A stretch of DNA of 64,000 bases from Spirochaetia bacterium (lineage in GTDB: Bacteria > Spirochaetota > Spirochaetia > SZUA-6 > Bin103): assembly GCA_965198005.1 (NCBI GenBank), contig CBDAOI010000001.1, positions 192,001 to 256,000 of the forward strand, given 5' to 3'. Both the position numbers and the translations under genes were made by a program. Below the pieces are notes generated by a model. That model saw only the letters and a list, made by a program, of their open reading frames with translations, was not told where the DNA came from and did not search any database. Shown here one piece after another: positions 62,021-64,000 of the stretch. The stretch's first letter is position 1, and every line of letters starts with the position of its first letter.

Positions 62021-62813
62021 GGTCCAGCGTAAAGCCGATGACACACCGGCATGGCTGTACGTCTTGCTGGAGCACCAGTCGACGCCGGACCCCTGGTTAC
62101 GGCTGCGGCTGCTGAAGTACAGTATCAGGATCTGGGAACGGGATCGGAAGCAGCACCCCGATGAGGAGCACCTGCGCCCGATAGTGCCGCTGGTGTTGTA
62201 TCAGGGCAAGCACGGCTGGAGCCCCGCGCGCGAGTTCTCGGAGCTGTTCGCTGCGGCAGTCCGAGGTTGGCCGGGAGTGCCGCGCTACGCGCATCTGTTG
62301 ATCGACCAGACGAAGGTGGGGCCAGACGAGTTGCGCGGTGAGTTGCGCGGTCGCATCGCGCAACTGGCGCTGATGGCGGCGTACCGGACGAGCTGGGCGG
62401 TGATGCAGCGGTTGGTGCCGCTGATGGCGCAACTGGTGCAGGACGGGGGCATCGACGAACTGCGACAGATCGTAGTGTACATGGCGGCCACGACGAGGGA
62501 ACCGGAGCGCTGGCACAGATTCGCGGAGGCGGTACGGCGACACGTACCGGGAGGTGGAGAACTGATGAACAAGACGCAGGAGATGCTCGAGATTTACGGC
62601 GAGGTGATAGAGCAGGAGGCCCGTCAGAAGGGCCGTCAGGAAGGCCGGCAGGAAGGCGTACTGACTCAGGTGCGAACCATCGAGGGATTGCTGGGCCGAG
62701 ATGTCCCGTGGTCCACGATAGAAGCGACCACTGGAATCGACGAGGCCGCATTTGGACGGCTCAAGCAGCAACTGGAGACCGCCGGCGGCAGCACCAACCA
62801 TCCCATGCGATGA
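62020..62813 (+). pseudogene. Rpn/YhgA-like (Transposase_31) recombination-promoting nuclease, 5'-truncated
   Basis: LYVLLEHQSTPD…LRPIVPLVLYQG…KGRQEGRQEG. Confidence 0.8.
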
Positions 62814-63215
62814 ATAGTGACGTTTCAGATAGCCGAGTCGGCGCACGGTCGACGCAGCCGATCGCGCAGGCAGCGAACATTTTCGCAGGAATTATACATA
62901 TGGGTGGACGGCCGTTCTTTGCGTTCCAGCCTCTGCAGCGCCTTCCGGGCGCGCTCGGCCGCGCGCGCGCCTACCCCGCCGGCCACCGCGCCGCCACCGC
63001 CCGTCACCAGCCGTGGCACTTCAGTACCCTGTTCGACCTGTTCGACAATGATACTCTGGCGCTGCGTTGTCGTCTCCCGGCCGGCAGCAAGGGGGTCATG
63101 GGTACTCCATTCGTATGGGCGTAGGTCTCAAATTGACCGGTCAAGGCAGCACGGCCGTGTGCCAGCTCGACCATGCGCGGGCGCGGGCGCATCCCGCCGG
63201 CAGGTGGCGCGGCCG

Positions 63216-64000
63216 TCATGAACCGCCGGCCGGCGGCGGTTCCCACAACAGGTCGAGCGCCGCCGCCAGGTCGAGCGACTCCCCGTACCACTCCGGCGTC
63301 GCCGTATGCGGGCCGATCGTGATCCCCGCCTGCCGCAGCCGCGCCTCGGTCGGCTCCAGCGGCGCCCCCTCCCAGCGAGGTGCCACCGGCACCGCCGGCA
63401 GCGGCGTACCATCCGGCCGCCGGAACACAAGCTGCCCATCCGCGCCAGAGACCACCTGAAACCCCTCCTCGTGCACCGCCCGGTGGTGGTAGCGACACAG
63501 ATAAGGTTCGGGAGCCGCGTCGCCCCGCCGTCCGCCCAGTGCACGACGTGATGCGCGTCGCAGTGGCGGAGCTGACAGCCGGGGAACTGACACTGATGGT
63601 GGTCTCTGACCTCCAGCGCGCGGCGCAACGGGGTCGGCACCGTGCGCGTTCTGCGCCCGACCTCCAGGACTGCGCCGTCGGGAGCGTGGGTCACCAGCAC
63701 GCGGCCGGCGTCGCAGGCGATGCGGCGGGCTGCGGTCGCAGCGAGGTGAATGCCATTCGCCTGTTCGATGACCGCCGCGCCGGCGGCGGGGTGACGAGCC
63801 TCGGGGTGCTCAGGGGCGTCCGCGACGGGAGCGGTGACCGGCGGTGCGACCGGCTGGGCGGCAGTCTCACCGGCGGCGCACGGTGCTGCCGGCATCGCCG
63901 GTGGCGCAGTCCGGCCGGTGCCCCGCGTTTCCGCTGAAACTGCGCCGGCGTCAGCGGCTGCGCAGCCGGCTGCCGCCGCAGTCGCGGCGCTCGCTGCTGC
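63216..64000 (-). pseudogene. DUF222/HNH endonuclease, frameshifted, runs off the window edge
   Basis: ARRIACDA…GRRTRTVP…RDHHQCQFPGC…DAHHVVHWADGGAT; LCRYHHRAVHEEG in another frame. Confidence 0.8.

Noticed and set aside
1-64000. Classical integron
   Set aside because: No tyrosine recombinase and no recognisable attC sites; the modules are multi-gene operons with their own promoters.

Overview
High-GC bacterial DNA. The N-termini of the solute-binding proteins (…TFASGE…, …GLWAGGAEE…) resemble spirochaetal ones, so a spirochaete host is my inference and is not confirmed. Most of the window is a head-to-tail, minus-strand array of about 10 Opp/Dpp/Nik-family (family 5) ABC import modules with the layout [sigma70-like promoter(s) - poly-G tract - conserved leader - SBP - dppB-like permease - dppC-like permease]. 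There are 5 intact SBPs, 6 intact dppB, 5-6 intact dppC and many internally deleted or fused fragments, but no ABC ATPase gene. The slots between modules hold toxin-antitoxin, nucleotidyltransferase, Uma2/PD-(D/E)XK nuclease, ATPase and other cargo, intact or as scraps. A mobile-element cluster at 11-17 kb contains an IS1634 remnant, a full group II intron with atypical ends and an IS110 with a candidate bridge-RNA leader. The most unusual signals: (i) ten G9-G28 tracts, all on one strand and all in SBP upstream regions, whose left and right flank types recur in different combinations; (ii) two arrays of ~120-170 bp tandem units that each carry a TTGAC(A/G/T) -35 box; (iii) mosaic SBP paralogues, plus two AT-richer modules attached to GC-rich ends. 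Together these suggest a recombination-shuffled transporter cassette array, but mis-assembly has to be excluded first.
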